DNA of 64,000 nt. Origin: Actinomycetota bacterium. GTDB taxonomy: Bacteria; Actinomycetota; Actinomycetes; Actinomycetales; Microbacteriaceae. Location: contig JAFDWK010000020.1 of NCBI GenBank assembly GCA_018268515.1, forward strand, positions 16,458 through 80,457, given 5' to 3'. The translations under genes were made by a program, and so were the position numbers. Within the stretch, counting starts at the first letter, position 1; every line of letters begins with the position of its first letter. The notes beneath the pieces were generated by a model. That model ran no database searches. It had not been told where the DNA came from and saw only the letters and a list, made by a program, of their open reading frames with translations. Positions 47,516 through 58,570 of the stretch are shown one piece after another.

Positions 47516-47983
47516 GTGGAAGGCATGCTCCGCGTGGTGAACCTCCTGCGTCTCGTCGTGCCCGCCGTCTGGATCGGCCTGATCGGCGGGCTGTCGTTCA
47601 TCGAGACGCCGCTGAAGTTCCTCGCTCCCGGCATCACGCTTCCGCTGGGGCTGGGCATCGGACGGCTGGTGTTCAACGCGCTCTCGATCGCCGGGGTGGT
47701 GCTCCTCGTCGCCCTCATCGTGCTGGGCCTGCTCGCACCGAGGGAGGATCGGCGCGGGTGGATCCTGATCGGTGCGGTCCTGGTGGTCAGTGCGATCCAG
47801 GATCTCGGGATCCGTCCCGCGCTGAACGCGCGCAGCGACATCATCATCGGGGGCGGAGACCCCGGCCCGTCCTGGCTGCACTACGGCTACATCGCCGCCG
47901 AGCTCGTGCTGCTCGCGCTGCTGGTCTGGTACATCGCACACGCGTGGAATGGGACGCGTCGCGCTGTTGCGATCTCCAGCTGA
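47516..47983 (+). CDS. small integral membrane protein (DUF4149-like)
   Basis: Four hydrophobic helices, immediately downstream of efeB. The start is 47516 (GTG) or 47525 (ATG). Confidence 0.5.
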   Translation: MEGMLRVVNLLRLVVPAVWIGLIGGLSFIETPLKFLAPGITLPLGLGIGRLVFNALSIAGVVLLVALIVLGLLAPREDRRGWILIGAVLVVSAIQDLGIRPALNARSDIIIGGGDPGPSWLHYGYIAAELVLLALLVWYIAHAWNGTRRAVAISS

Positions 47984-48061
47984 ACGGATCGGGGAATAGT
48001 CCTGACTTTCTCCGGTTCTACCAGATATATTCAAGTGAATAGAAATCTGAAGGAGACAGCA

Positions 48062-49321
48062 GTGAGCGAGTCGAGCACCTGGTCGGGTATGCAGTTCGGC
48101 CTCATGTCGGTCAGCGACATCACCCGCAACCCGGTCACGGGTGAGACCCCGAGTGAGCGGGAGCGGATCCAGAACACCCTCACGATCGCCAGGCACTCGG
48201 AAGAGGTGGGCCTCGACGTCTTCGCCATCGGCGAGCACCACAATCCGCCGTTCTGGTCGTCGAGCCCCACGACGTTCCTCGCCGCACTCGCCGCGCAGAC
48301 CGAGCGCCTGATCGTCTCGACCTCCACGACGCTCATCACCACGAACGACCCGGTGAAGATCGCCGAGGACTACGCGATGCTGCAGCACGTGTCGGGCGGC
48401 CGCATGGACCTCATGATGGGCCGCGGCAACACCGGCCCGGTCTACCCCTGGTTCGGTAAGGACATCCGTCAGGGCCTGCCGCTCGCGATCGAGAACTACG
48501 CGCTGCTGCACGAGCTGTGGACCAAGGACGTCGTGGACTTCGACGGCAAGTTCCGCACCTCGCTGCAGGGCTTCACGTCGACCCCGCGCCCCCTCGACGG
48601 CGTCGCGCCGTTCGTGTGGCACGGATCCATCCGCACGCCCGAGATCGCCGAGCAGGCCGCCTACTACGGTGACGGCTTCTTCGCGAACAACATCTTCTGG
48701 CCCAAGGAGCACTACCAGCGCCTGATCGAGCTGTATCGGCAGCGCTGGGCGCACTACGGACACGGCGCACCCGAGACCGCGATCGTCGGTCTCGGCGGGC
48801 AGGCGTTCATCCGCCCGAACTCGCAGGACGCGGTGAACGACTTCCGTCCCTATTTCGACAACGCCCCGGTCTACGGCCACGGCCCGTCGATGGAGGACTT
48901 CACGGAGATGACGCCGCTCACCGTCGGCTCGCCGCAGCAGGTGATCGACCGCTACGCCGCGATGCGCGACCACTTCGGCGACTACCAGCGCCAGCTGTTC
49001 CTGATGGACCACGCCGGCCTGCCGCTGAAGACCGTGCTCGAGCAGATCGACCTGCTGGGAGGCGAGGTCGTGCCGGTGCTCCGGAAGGAGCTCGCACAGA
49101 ACCGTCCCGACATGGTGCCGGACGCGCCGACCCACGCCGACCGCGTCAGGGCCGTGTACGGCGACGGTCCGTCGCGCGAGGCGCGTCCCGGTGCGAACCG
49201 CGGCGACAACCTCACCGCGGGCTCGCCTTATCAGGACGGCGGTGCGGTTCCGGCCGCGGCGGTCGCTGAGCCTGTGCAAGGATCCTCGTTCGGCGCCGCG
49301 GCCATGAAGGGGGCGAACTGA
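48062..49321 (+). CDS. luciferase-like FMN-dependent monooxygenase (CE1758-family-like LLM)
   Basis: AAGGAG precedes GTG 48062. The sequence is MQFGLMSVSDITRNPVTGETPSERERIQ...GLDVFAIGEHHNPPF. Confidence 0.8.
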   Translation: MSESSTWSGMQFGLMSVSDITRNPVTGETPSERERIQNTLTIARHSEEVGLDVFAIGEHHNPPFWSSSPTTFLAALAAQTERLIVSTSTTLITTNDPVKIAEDYAMLQHVSGGRMDLMMGRGNTGPVYPWFGKDIRQGLPLAIENYALLHELWTKDVVDFDGKFRTSLQGFTSTPRPLDGVAPFVWHGSIRTPEIAEQAAYYGDGFFANNIFWPKEHYQRLIELYRQRWAHYGHGAPETAIVGLGGQAFIRPNSQDAVNDFRPYFDNAPVYGHGPSMEDFTEMTPLTVGSPQQVIDRYAAMRDHFGDYQRQLFLMDHAGLPLKTVLEQIDLLGGEVVPVLRKELAQNRPDMVPDAPTHADRVRAVYGDGPSREARPGANRGDNLTAGSPYQDGGAVPAAAVAEPVQGSSFGAAAMKGAN

Positions 49322-49322
49322 G

Positions 49323-49967
49323 ATGAGCGCACGTCGCATCGCGGTGATCTCCGCGGGGCTCAGCAATCCGTCCTCCACGCGCATGCTCGCCGACCGCCTC
49401 GCGGCGGAGACCGCCCGGCGGCTCACCGAGCTCGGCTCCGAGGTCAGCGTCGACGTGATCGAGCTGCGCGACCTCGCGCATGACATCACGAACAACCTGC
49501 TCACCGGGTTCGCGCCGCCGGCCCTCGACTCGGCGATCAACACGGTGATCTCGGCCGACGGACTGATCGCCGTCACGCCGATCTTCTCGACGAGCTATTC
49601 CGGTCTGTTCAAGTCGTTCATCGACGTCCTGGATCCGGACGCGCTCACGGGCAAGCCGGTGCTGATCGGGGCGAACGCGGGTACGGCGCGGCACTCGCTC
49701 GCGATCGACTACGCGATCCGGCCGCTGTTCACCTACCTGCACGCCGAGCCCGTGCCGACCGGTGTGTTCGCCGCGTCGAGCGACTGGGGCGCGAACGCCG
49801 ACGAGGTGGCTCCGCTCAGCACCCGGGTCGAGCGCGGCGCGCGGGAGCTCGCCGAGGCGATGGCCCGGCGCGAGCCGGCGGCCGACAAGGATCCCTTCGA
49901 TCCGGGCAACTATCTGGGCGAAGGACGCTCCTTCGGGCACCTGCTGGGGGGCCTCGCGGGGGAGTAG
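49323..49967 (+). CDS. NAD(P)H-dependent FMN reductase (CE1759-family-like partner of the LLM)
   Basis: It has RIAVISAGLSNPSSTRMLAD...TPIFSTSYSGLFKSFIDV. The gene starts 2 nt after the LLM stop. Confidence 0.8.
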   Translation: MSARRIAVISAGLSNPSSTRMLADRLAAETARRLTELGSEVSVDVIELRDLAHDITNNLLTGFAPPALDSAINTVISADGLIAVTPIFSTSYSGLFKSFIDVLDPDALTGKPVLIGANAGTARHSLAIDYAIRPLFTYLHAEPVPTGVFAASSDWGANADEVAPLSTRVERGARELAEAMARREPAADKDPFDPGNYLGEGRSFGHLLGGLAGE

Positions 49968-50565
49968 GCGGGGCTCGCGCCCAGGGGGTGTGACGCCGCC
50001 GGGAATGTCCGTGGGGGCATCCCCGGGTGGCGTCATCCCCTTCTCTCTGCCTTCGACGCCCTCGACCGTGCGCGGGACGGAACGCTGCTGCTGCCCTGCG
50101 GTGACGGCTTCGACACCGCCCGTCGGCCGTCGAACCTCACGAGGCGCTGTCCGCGGACGGCGCGGACGGCGCGGCCGCCGCGCTCCTCGACGGTGTGCGC
50201 CGCGCCGGCACCGTGCAGCGCGAGATGTCCGGCGCGACGTCGCCGGCTGCACTCGCGGTCGCGTCGGGGGAGCTGACCGAACCGACCGCGGGTCGCGGCG
50301 CGTCCCTCGCACTCGACGAGCTCGACGATGCCCCGATCGACGCGCGCGTGGACTTCCGTCAGGCACCTGCGCGGTCGACGATCGTCGGGATCGATCTGCG
50401 CATGCTGGGTGGAGCTCCCGACGCCCCGCGCCGTTCCGGCCTCGCCTCCCTGGTCTCGGCCGGCCGGCTCCTGCACGCGCTCGTGCCGAACTCCCCGGGG
50501 GCGCCGTCCGAGCCGGGCGACGCCGGCATCGCGGGGCTGGTCGAGCTGCTCTTTCCGCGGGTCGG

Positions 50566-51910
<1,345 letters not shown>

Positions 51911-51914
<4 letters not shown>

Positions 51915-53206
51915 CCTGTCCTCCCCTCGGCACGGACGCCGGGCAGCGTCACGCGGAACGCGGTCGGGTCGGCGGACAGCTCGATGCTGCCGCCCGCGGT
52001 CGTCACGATGTCGCGCACGAGGGCGAGTCCGACGCCCCGCCCGGAGCGGTCGCTCGGCTTGGTGGAGAAGCCGTGCTCGAAGATCTGCTCGCGGACGTCC
52101 GCGGGGATGCCGGGACCGCCGTCCGAGACCGTGATGGTGACCGCGCCGCCGTCGGCCCCTGTCACGTCGACCCGCACCCAGCGGTCGGCGCCCGTCTCGG
52201 CCTGAGGCGCGGCGTCGAGCGCGTTGTCGATGAGGTTGCCGACCACGGCGACCGCATCGACCGGGGTCAGATCCGCGCGGGGAGCCGCGGGATCCACGTG
52301 CACCTGCCAGCGCACGCCCCGCTCCTTCGCCTGCGAGGCCTTGCCCAGCAGCAGTGCGCCGAGCGTCGGATCCCCGTCCCGGAGCGTCATCTGGTCGATC
52401 ACGGACTGGCTCTGCAGGGACGATTCGGACAGCAGCGCGATCGCCTCGTCGCGCCGGTCGAGCTCCAGCAGCGACAGGGCGGTGTGCAGGCGATTGCCGT
52501 GCTCGTGCGTCTGCGCCCGGAGCGCCTCGCCGAGCGTGCGCACCGACTCGTATCCGGCCACGGCCTCGCGCACGTCGCGGGCGTCCAGATCGCCGGTGAT
52601 GCGCCGCGTCGCGAGCCGTGCGAGCACAGCCCCGATCGCGCCCAGCGCCACGACGGCGAGGGACAGCAGCACGATCACGGGCAGGCGCCGCAGCAGCGCC
52701 CCGGCGAGCGATTCCACCGTCACCCCCGCCGACACCCAGCCGACGACCGCGCCGCTCGCGTCGTGCACGGGGGCGATCGTGCGCACGGACGGACCGAGCG
52801 TGCCCGTGTACTGCTCGGTGAGGGGGCGACCATCTGCGGGGATCGTGCCGAGATACCTCTCGCCGATGCGCGCCGGATCAGGGTGCGTGAGGCGCACGCC
52901 GTCGCGGTCCATGACGGTGATGAAGTCGAGCCCCGCCCCGGTGCGCACGGACTCGACGTACGCGCGCAGATCCTCCTCGGCCGACGGGCGGTCGGTCGCG
53001 GTCACGGCGGCCTCGATCGCGGGAGCCGCCGAGAGCGCGTGCGCGATCGCCGCGGTGACGTGCTCGGCCTCCTGCCGCGCCGAGGCCTGCGCCTCCCCGG
53101 TGAGGAACGCCCCGATCGCGGCGCCGATCACCAGGACGGATCCGATCAGCAGCGCGAACACCCGTGATGCCGCGCTGCGCGCGCCGCCGCGTCTTGTCGT
53201 CGCCAT
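51911..53206 (-). CDS. sensor histidine kinase, CitA/DcuS family
   Basis: It has two TM segments flanking a periplasmic sensing domain, the H-box THEHGNRLHTALSLLEL, and an ATPase domain with NLIDNALDA and DGGPGI. ATGA overlap with the response regulator gene. Confidence 0.85.
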
Positions 53207-53383
53207 CGCCGATCGGACCTCCTCAGCCAGTATGCGCGAGCTCCTGCGGCCGGCGGCGACCCGGACGGGATCCGTGCTGGTTTCAATACGACCAGAACTC
53301 GCCGCGCAGTGCCGCGGACCCGCACGATGGTCGGCACGGCCCGCCCGCAGCGGTGCGGGCGTCACGTTCACTCAGCGGAGGCG

Positions 53384-54829
53384 ATGATGGCTCTCACCGA
53401 AGGTTTCACTCTCCCGCGGCACGATTGGCGCCGCGGCAAGAACTCCTGGGACAAGCACACCTGGCTCTATGTGTCGGTGCTCATCGCCGTGGGTCTCGGG
53501 ATCGCGGTGGGGCTCCTGTTCCCGCAGTTCGCGCAGGGCCTCGAACCCGTCGGCAAGGGATTCGTGAGCCTCATCAAGATGATGATCGCGCCGATCATCT
53601 TCTGCACGATCGTGATCGGCGTCGGGTCCATCGCGAAGGCGGCGACGGTCGGCAAGATCGGCGGGCTCGCGCTCGTCTACTTCATGGTGATGTCGACGTT
53701 CGCCCTGGCGATCGGCCTGGTCGTGGGCAACATCATCCACCCCGGTGAGGGACTGCACATGGCTGGCGCGACCTACCAGGTGGCGACGACCGAGGCGAAG
53801 ACGACGCAGGACTTCATCCTCGGCATCATCCCGGCCACGTTCTTCGGCGCCTTCACCGGCGAGAGCGTGCTGCAGGTGCTCTTCATCGCGCTGCTCGTCG
53901 GGTTCGCGCTGCAGGGGCTGGGGGAGCGCGGCGCCCCCGTCATGACGGCGATCAAGCACCTGCAGACGCTCGTGTTCCGCGTGCTCGGCATGATCCTCTG
54001 GCTCGCGCCGCTCGGCGCCTTCGGTGCGATCGCCGCCGTGGTCGGCAGGACCGGTGTCGCCGCGATCTGGAGCCTCGGGATCCTCCTCGGCGCGTTCTAT
54101 CTCACCTGCATCGTGTTCATCGTCGTGGTGCTCGGCGGAGTGCTGCTGCTCGTGGCACGGGTGAACATCTTCCAGCTCATGAGATACCTGGCGCGCGAGT
54201 ACCTGCTGATCGTCGGGACCTCGTCTTCCGAGTCGGCGCTGCCCCGGCTGATCGCCAAGATGGAGCACCTGGGCGTGGCGAAGCCGGTCGTGGGCATCAC
54301 CGTGCCGACCGGATACTCGTTCAACCTCGACGGCACGGCGATCTATCTGACGATGGCATCGCTGTTCATCGCGACGGGCCTCGGCCAGCCGATGTCGATC
54401 CCCGAGCAGATCGGCCTGCTCGTCTTCATGATCATCGCGAGCAAGGGTGCTGCGGGGGTCACCGGCGCCGGGCTCGCGACGCTGGCGGGCGGCCTGCAGG
54501 CGTATCGTCCCGACCTCGTGAACGGCGTGGGCGTGATCGTGGGCATCGACCGCTTCATGTCCGAGGGGCGCGCATTGACCAACTTCACCGGCAATGCCGT
54601 CGCCACGATCCTCATCGGCACCTGGACGAAGCAGATCGACGCGGAGCAGGTGCGTCTGGTGCTCTCCGGGGCACGACCGTTCGATGAGTCGGCGCTGGAC
54701 GGCGTCGATTCGCACGCCGGCGGCGCACCGACCATGGAGCCGGTCGGCACCGAGACGCTCGGGCGCGCCGCTGTCCACGAGATGGCCGCGAAGCGGGAGC
54801 GCGCGAGGGAGCGCGTCGTGCGCCGCTGA
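53384..54829 (+). CDS. dctA: C4-dicarboxylate / cation symporter
   Basis: The sequence is SLIKMMIAPIIFCTIVIGV...GTSSSESALP...ASKGAAGVTGAG. GGAGG precedes ATG 53384. Confidence 0.9.
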   Translation: MMALTEGFTLPRHDWRRGKNSWDKHTWLYVSVLIAVGLGIAVGLLFPQFAQGLEPVGKGFVSLIKMMIAPIIFCTIVIGVGSIAKAATVGKIGGLALVYFMVMSTFALAIGLVVGNIIHPGEGLHMAGATYQVATTEAKTTQDFILGIIPATFFGAFTGESVLQVLFIALLVGFALQGLGERGAPVMTAIKHLQTLVFRVLGMILWLAPLGAFGAIAAVVGRTGVAAIWSLGILLGAFYLTCIVFIVVVLGGVLLLVARVNIFQLMRYLAREYLLIVGTSSSESALPRLIAKMEHLGVAKPVVGITVPTGYSFNLDGTAIYLTMASLFIATGLGQPMSIPEQIGLLVFMIIASKGAAGVTGAGLATLAGGLQAYRPDLVNGVGVIVGIDRFMSEGRALTNFTGNAVATILIGTWTKQIDAEQVRLVLSGARPFDESALDGVDSHAGGAPTMEPVGTETLGRAAVHEMAAKRERARERVVRR

Positions 54830-54845
54830 TCCGGAAACCGGAACG

Positions 54846-54884
54846 GACATGGGGAGGAGTGCCGATGAGCGCCCTCCCCATGTC
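54846..54884. terminator. bidirectional hairpin between dctA and the convergent transglycosylase gene
   Basis: GACATGGGGAGG-15 nt-CCTCCCCATGTC forms a 12-bp perfect stem. Confidence 0.6.
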
Positions 54885-54886
54885 TG

Positions 54887-56137
54887 TCAGTACCAGTTGT
54901 TCGCGACCTCATGCGCCCAGGCGCCGCACGGGGATCCGTAGCGGTTCTGGATGTAGTTCAGGCCCCAGTCGATCTGGGTGTTCCCGTTGGTGCGCCAGTC
55001 CGCTCCGGCCGCGGCGAGCTTCGACGCGGGAAGGGCCTGCGGGATGCCGTATGCGCCGCTGTCGGGATTCAGCGCGTCGGCCCGCCAGCTGGATTCCTGC
55101 ATCCACAGCCGGTACAGGCAGGGGAACTGGTCCTGTCCCCAGCCGTAGTTGCCCAGCTGGCCCGCCGCATAGGCCTGCGCACCGGCCGGATCGACGTTGA
55201 CGCCGCTGGTGTCCACCCAGCCGGAGTCTCCGGAACCGCTACCGCTGCCGGAGCTGCTGGAGCCGCTGCTGTCCGCGGCCTGCCGGGCCTGACGATCGCG
55301 CTCCGCCTGCTCGGCCGCGGACTGTGCGGCAACCTGCTGGCCGATCTGATAACGCCGTTCCACATCGGCGGTGGTGTTCTTCAGCGTGGCGAGCTGCGCG
55401 TACATCGTGGCCTGGTGACCCTGCAGATCCTTCACGGCCGCCGCTTCTGCGTCCGCCTCGTCCTGGGCCTTCTGCGCGGCCTGTGCCGCAGCGGTCGCGA
55501 GCGCGTCGCGTGCCGAGCGGGCGGTCTGCGCCTGGCTCTGCAGGGAGGTGGCGACCCCCTGCTCGGCGATCGCGCGCTCCCCGATCGTCGCCCAGGTCGC
55601 GTCGAGCTTCTGCATGACGCCGAGGCGGGTGAGCAGCTCGTCCGGATCCGCCGAGGTGAACAACCGCACCGCCAGCGGCGATGCGGTCTCGGTGCGGGCG
55701 CGCTGGGCGACGACGGTGCCGACCTGCTCATGGGTCTGCTGCACCGCCTGCTCCGCGGCATCGGCCTGCGCGGTGAGCTGCTCGGCGCGCTGTGCCGCCG
55801 AACGGGCCTCGGTGCGCGCGGCATCCGCGGCCTGGGCGGCTTTCATCGCGGCCGTCGACGCATCTGCGGCCTTCTGCTGCGTGGTGGCGAGCGCGTCGTT
55901 GATCTTCGTGATCTGATCCTGCGTGGCCTGCTCGTTCCCCTGGGCGTTCTGCACGTCCTGCCAGGAGGGGTAGTCGTCGGCGTAGGCAGGGGCGGCCACC
56001 GACAGCGGGATCACGAGCGCCGTGCCGATCGCCAGAGTCAGCGCCGCCCGCGCCGCGCGCACGCGGTGCGGGCGTGCGGGGGCAGGATGCGAGGCGGTCA
56101 CGACTTCGACGCTAATCCCACTGCCTGTGATCCGCAT
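54887..56137 (-). CDS. secreted coiled-coil protein with a C-terminal lytic transglycosylase-like domain
   Basis: The signal peptide is ...VIPLSVAAPAYA/DD. A long Ala/Gln-rich coiled coil and a Ser/Gly linker follow. The C-terminus is LWMQESSWRADALNPDSGAYGIPQALP. Confidence 0.8.
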   Translation of the reverse strand: MRITGSGISVEVVTASHPAPARPHRVRAARAALTLAIGTALVIPLSVAAPAYADDYPSWQDVQNAQGNEQATQDQITKINDALATTQQKAADASTAAMKAAQAADAARTEARSAAQRAEQLTAQADAAEQAVQQTHEQVGTVVAQRARTETASPLAVRLFTSADPDELLTRLGVMQKLDATWATIGERAIAEQGVATSLQSQAQTARSARDALATAAAQAAQKAQDEADAEAAAVKDLQGHQATMYAQLATLKNTTADVERRYQIGQQVAAQSAAEQAERDRQARQAADSSGSSSSGSGSGSGDSGWVDTSGVNVDPAGAQAYAAGQLGNYGWGQDQFPCLYRLWMQESSWRADALNPDSGAYGIPQALPASKLAAAGADWRTNGNTQIDWGLNYIQNRYGSPCGAWAHEVANNWY

Positions 56138-56140
56138 CCT

Positions 56141-56196
56141 CTTCTTCGCCGGACCGATGCTTCTTCGCCGGACCGGTGCTTCTCGCCGGACCGATG
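56141..56196. repeat. three tandem copies of a 19-bp unit (CTTCTTCGCCGGACCGATG) abutting the transglycosylase start codon
   Basis: The copies lie at 56141-56159, 56160-56178 (one A>G change) and 56179-56196 (one T deleted). Read directly. Confidence 0.9.
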
Positions 56197-56234
56197 CGCA
56201 GGGGCGCCGACGATCGTTCGTCGACGCCCCTGCG
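56197..56234 (-). terminator. 17-bp-stem hairpin downstream of the DUF5302-like gene
   Basis: CGCAGGGGCGCCGACGA-TCGT-TCGTCGACGCCCCTGCG, with one mismatch. Confidence 0.6.
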
Positions 56235-56246
56235 AGGGAGTCGGGA

Positions 56247-56414
56247 TCAGCCGCTCTTGCGGCGGAACTCGCGCCTGGTCTGCGCGCCGTGCGCGCTGTG
56301 AACGGCGGAGTCGCCGTCCAGATGCGCCTCGCCCCGGTGCTGCTGAGCGTTCTTCTTGTCGAGCGCCTCCTTGAACTTGCGCTTCATGTCGGCGGCGGTG
56401 TCGTCGGTACTCAT
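56247..56414 (-). CDS. small basic protein (DUF5302-like)
   Basis: A 55-aa ORF, MSTDDTAADMKRKFKEALDKKNAQQHRGEAHLDGDS...RREFRRKSG. The rest of the 232-aa track ORF is Arg-rich noise. Confidence 0.6.
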   Translation of the reverse strand: MSTDDTAADMKRKFKEALDKKNAQQHRGEAHLDGDSAVHSAHGAQTRREFRRKSG

Positions 56415-56596
56415 GCGCGCCAGCCTATGGCGTGCTGCACCTCCGCGGCCAGGGCGCCACGACGGGGAACGGAATCGGACGTGCAGGCGGCGTGGTGGAG
56501 GACGCCGGGTGACCTCGGGCCGTGCATCCGGTGAACACTGCGCGACGTCGGCCGTTCCCGGCGATCGGGGGCGGATGGGAGCGGGATCCTGATCTC

Positions 56597-58537
56597 GTGA
56601 GAGCAGCGATCGTGACGGAGTCCTTCCTCCCGCACATGAACGGCGTGACCGGGTCCGTCCTGCAGATCCTCCGCCATCTCGAGCGCCACGGGCATGAGGC
56701 CCGGGTGTACGCCCCCGCCGCCGCGGACATGCCGCGGATGATCGGGCACGCCCGGATCGAGGCGATCCCCTCGGTCGCCCTCCCCGGCTATCGCACCGTG
56801 CGCGTGGGCACCTCGAGCGCGCACCGGCTGTCCGGGGCCCTCGCGCGCTTCGAACCCGACGTCGTGCATCTCGCCTCGCCGTTCGCCCTCGGCTGGAGGG
56901 GCGCGCTCGCGGCCGAGCGGATCGGCGTTCCGGCGGTCGCCGCATACCAGACCGACGTGGCCGCCTACGCCGCCCGCTACGGGGTCTCGCTCACCACGGC
57001 GCTCGCCGAGGCGCACATCGCGCGGCTGCACCGACGCGCCACGCTCACGCTCGCCCCATCGTCCGAATCGGAGGAGCAGCTCGTCCGGCTCGGCGTCGAT
57101 CGGGTGCGACGATGGGGCCGCGGCGTCGACGCAGAGCGGTTCCATCCCGACCGTCGGGCGAACGGGGGGGAGCACCGTGCCGGCGCCGAGGTGGTGGTGG
57201 GTTACGTGGGCCGGCTCGCGCCGGAGAAGCAGGTGGAGGACCTGGCAGTCCTCGCGGATCTGCCCGGCGTGCGGCTCGTGATCGTCGGCGACGGTCCGTC
57301 CCGCCCGCGACTGGAGGCGCTGCTGCCCGCAGCGGCGTTCCTCGGGCATCTCAGCGGGCCGCAGCTCGCCGAGGTCATGGCGTCCTTCGACGTCTTCGTG
57401 CACCCGGGCGAGAGCGAGACGTTCGGTCAGACGCTGCAGGAGGCGCACGCGAGCGGGATCCCTGTGGTCGCGACCGGCCGGGGCGGACCGCTCGACCTGG
57501 TGCGGCAGGGCATCGACGGCTGGCTGTACCGCCCGGGCGACCTGCAGGATCTGCGCGAGCGCGTGCGGGATCTCGCCGGCGATGCGCGCAAGCGCCAGGC
57601 GTTCGGCCGCGCCGGACGCGAGGCGGTGGAGGGTCGCAGCTGGAGCGCGGTGTGCGACCAGCTCCTGGACCACTTCGCCGAGGCGCAGGAGCTGCACCGT
57701 GTCGATGCGGGCTTGCGGGCGCCTCGCGCCGTGCGTCCGGAGCCGACGCCCGCGGGGGAGCGCAAGCACTGGCGGCGCTATGTGGCCCTCGGCGACTCCC
57801 TCACCGAGGGACTGTGCGACCCCGGACCCGACGGAGCGCTGCGCGGCTGGGCGGACCGCCTCGCGCTGCTGCTGGCCGCACAGGAGCCGCTGGACTACGC
57901 CAATCTCGCCATCCGATCCAAGCGCGTCCAGGACGTGTGCGGGACGCAGCTGCACCGCGCGCTGCAGCTGCGCCCGGATCTGGTCTCGATCCTGGTCGGT
58001 GCGAACGATCTGGTGAAGCAGCGCGTCTCGGTGCCGCTCCTGGCTGTGCGCCTCGAGGATGCCGTGCGACAGCTGCGCGAAGCCGGCGCCGACGTGCTCC
58101 TGGTGACGGCGTTCCTGCCGGGCAACCCGGCGGCCCGGGTCTACACCCGCCGATTCTCGGCCTGGGCCACCGCGCTCGCCGGCATCGCCCGGCGCCAGGG
58201 TGCGATCCTCCTCGACACGGACCTGCACCCGCAGCTCGCCGAGCGGCCGAACTGGGGCGAGGATCTCGTCCACCTCTCCAGCCGCGGGCACCGCTTCCTC
58301 GCCTACCGAGCGGGCGTCGCACTCGGCGTGCCCCTGGCGGATGAGCTCGGCGCGCTCGACGAGGCCCTGCACGAGACCGAGCGCACCGGGGCAGGCGTGT
58401 GGTGGCGGCGGCACGCGCTGCCGTGGGTCTGGCGCCGGCTGCACGGGCGCGCGGCCGGGGACGGCCGCAGCGCCAAGCACGACGACTATGTGCGCCTGGG
58501 GCGCGAGCGCGGCGTGCGCGAACCCAGCGAGGTGTGA
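56597..58537 (+). CDS. fusion protein: GT4-family glycosyltransferase (N-terminal) plus SGNH/GDSL hydrolase (C-terminal)
   Basis: GT4 part: IVTESFLPHMNGVTGSV...ESETFGQTLQEAHASGIPVVA. SGNH part: YVALGDSLTEG...GANDL...DLVHLS. No stop codon lies between them. The start is uncertain (GTG 56597 or 56612). Confidence 0.7.
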   Translation: MRAAIVTESFLPHMNGVTGSVLQILRHLERHGHEARVYAPAAADMPRMIGHARIEAIPSVALPGYRTVRVGTSSAHRLSGALARFEPDVVHLASPFALGWRGALAAERIGVPAVAAYQTDVAAYAARYGVSLTTALAEAHIARLHRRATLTLAPSSESEEQLVRLGVDRVRRWGRGVDAERFHPDRRANGGEHRAGAEVVVGYVGRLAPEKQVEDLAVLADLPGVRLVIVGDGPSRPRLEALLPAAAFLGHLSGPQLAEVMASFDVFVHPGESETFGQTLQEAHASGIPVVATGRGGPLDLVRQGIDGWLYRPGDLQDLRERVRDLAGDARKRQAFGRAGREAVEGRSWSAVCDQLLDHFAEAQELHRVDAGLRAPRAVRPEPTPAGERKHWRRYVALGDSLTEGLCDPGPDGALRGWADRLALLLAAQEPLDYANLAIRSKRVQDVCGTQLHRALQLRPDLVSILVGANDLVKQRVSVPLLAVRLEDAVRQLREAGADVLLVTAFLPGNPAARVYTRRFSAWATALAGIARRQGAILLDTDLHPQLAERPNWGEDLVHLSSRGHRFLAYRAGVALGVPLADELGALDEALHETERTGAGVWWRRHALPWVWRRLHGRAAGDGRSAKHDDYVRLGRERGVREPSEV

Positions 58538-58570
58538 CCGCGCCTCGCGGCCGGTGCGCGTGCCGTTCGC

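Noticed and set aside
47984-48061. A palindromic operator in the AT-rich spacer before the LLM gene (TTCTA...TAGAA)
   Set aside because: Only the terminal 5 bp are complementary. That is too weak to call.
50033-50476. A 147-aa minus-strand ORF that faintly recalled an HNH/DUF222 endonuclease remnant (C..EVHA...C)
   Set aside because: The residue spacing does not match the HNH motif. The frame does not share the GC3 phase seen in this interval. The composition is Arg-rich noise.
56138-56246. A cyclic-di-AMP (ydaO-type) riboswitch, as often found upstream of actinobacterial cell-wall hydrolase genes
   Set aside because: The spacer is only about 109 nt. It is fully accounted for by a terminator hairpin plus three 19-bp direct repeats. 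No ydaO-like pseudo-two-fold architecture is visible.
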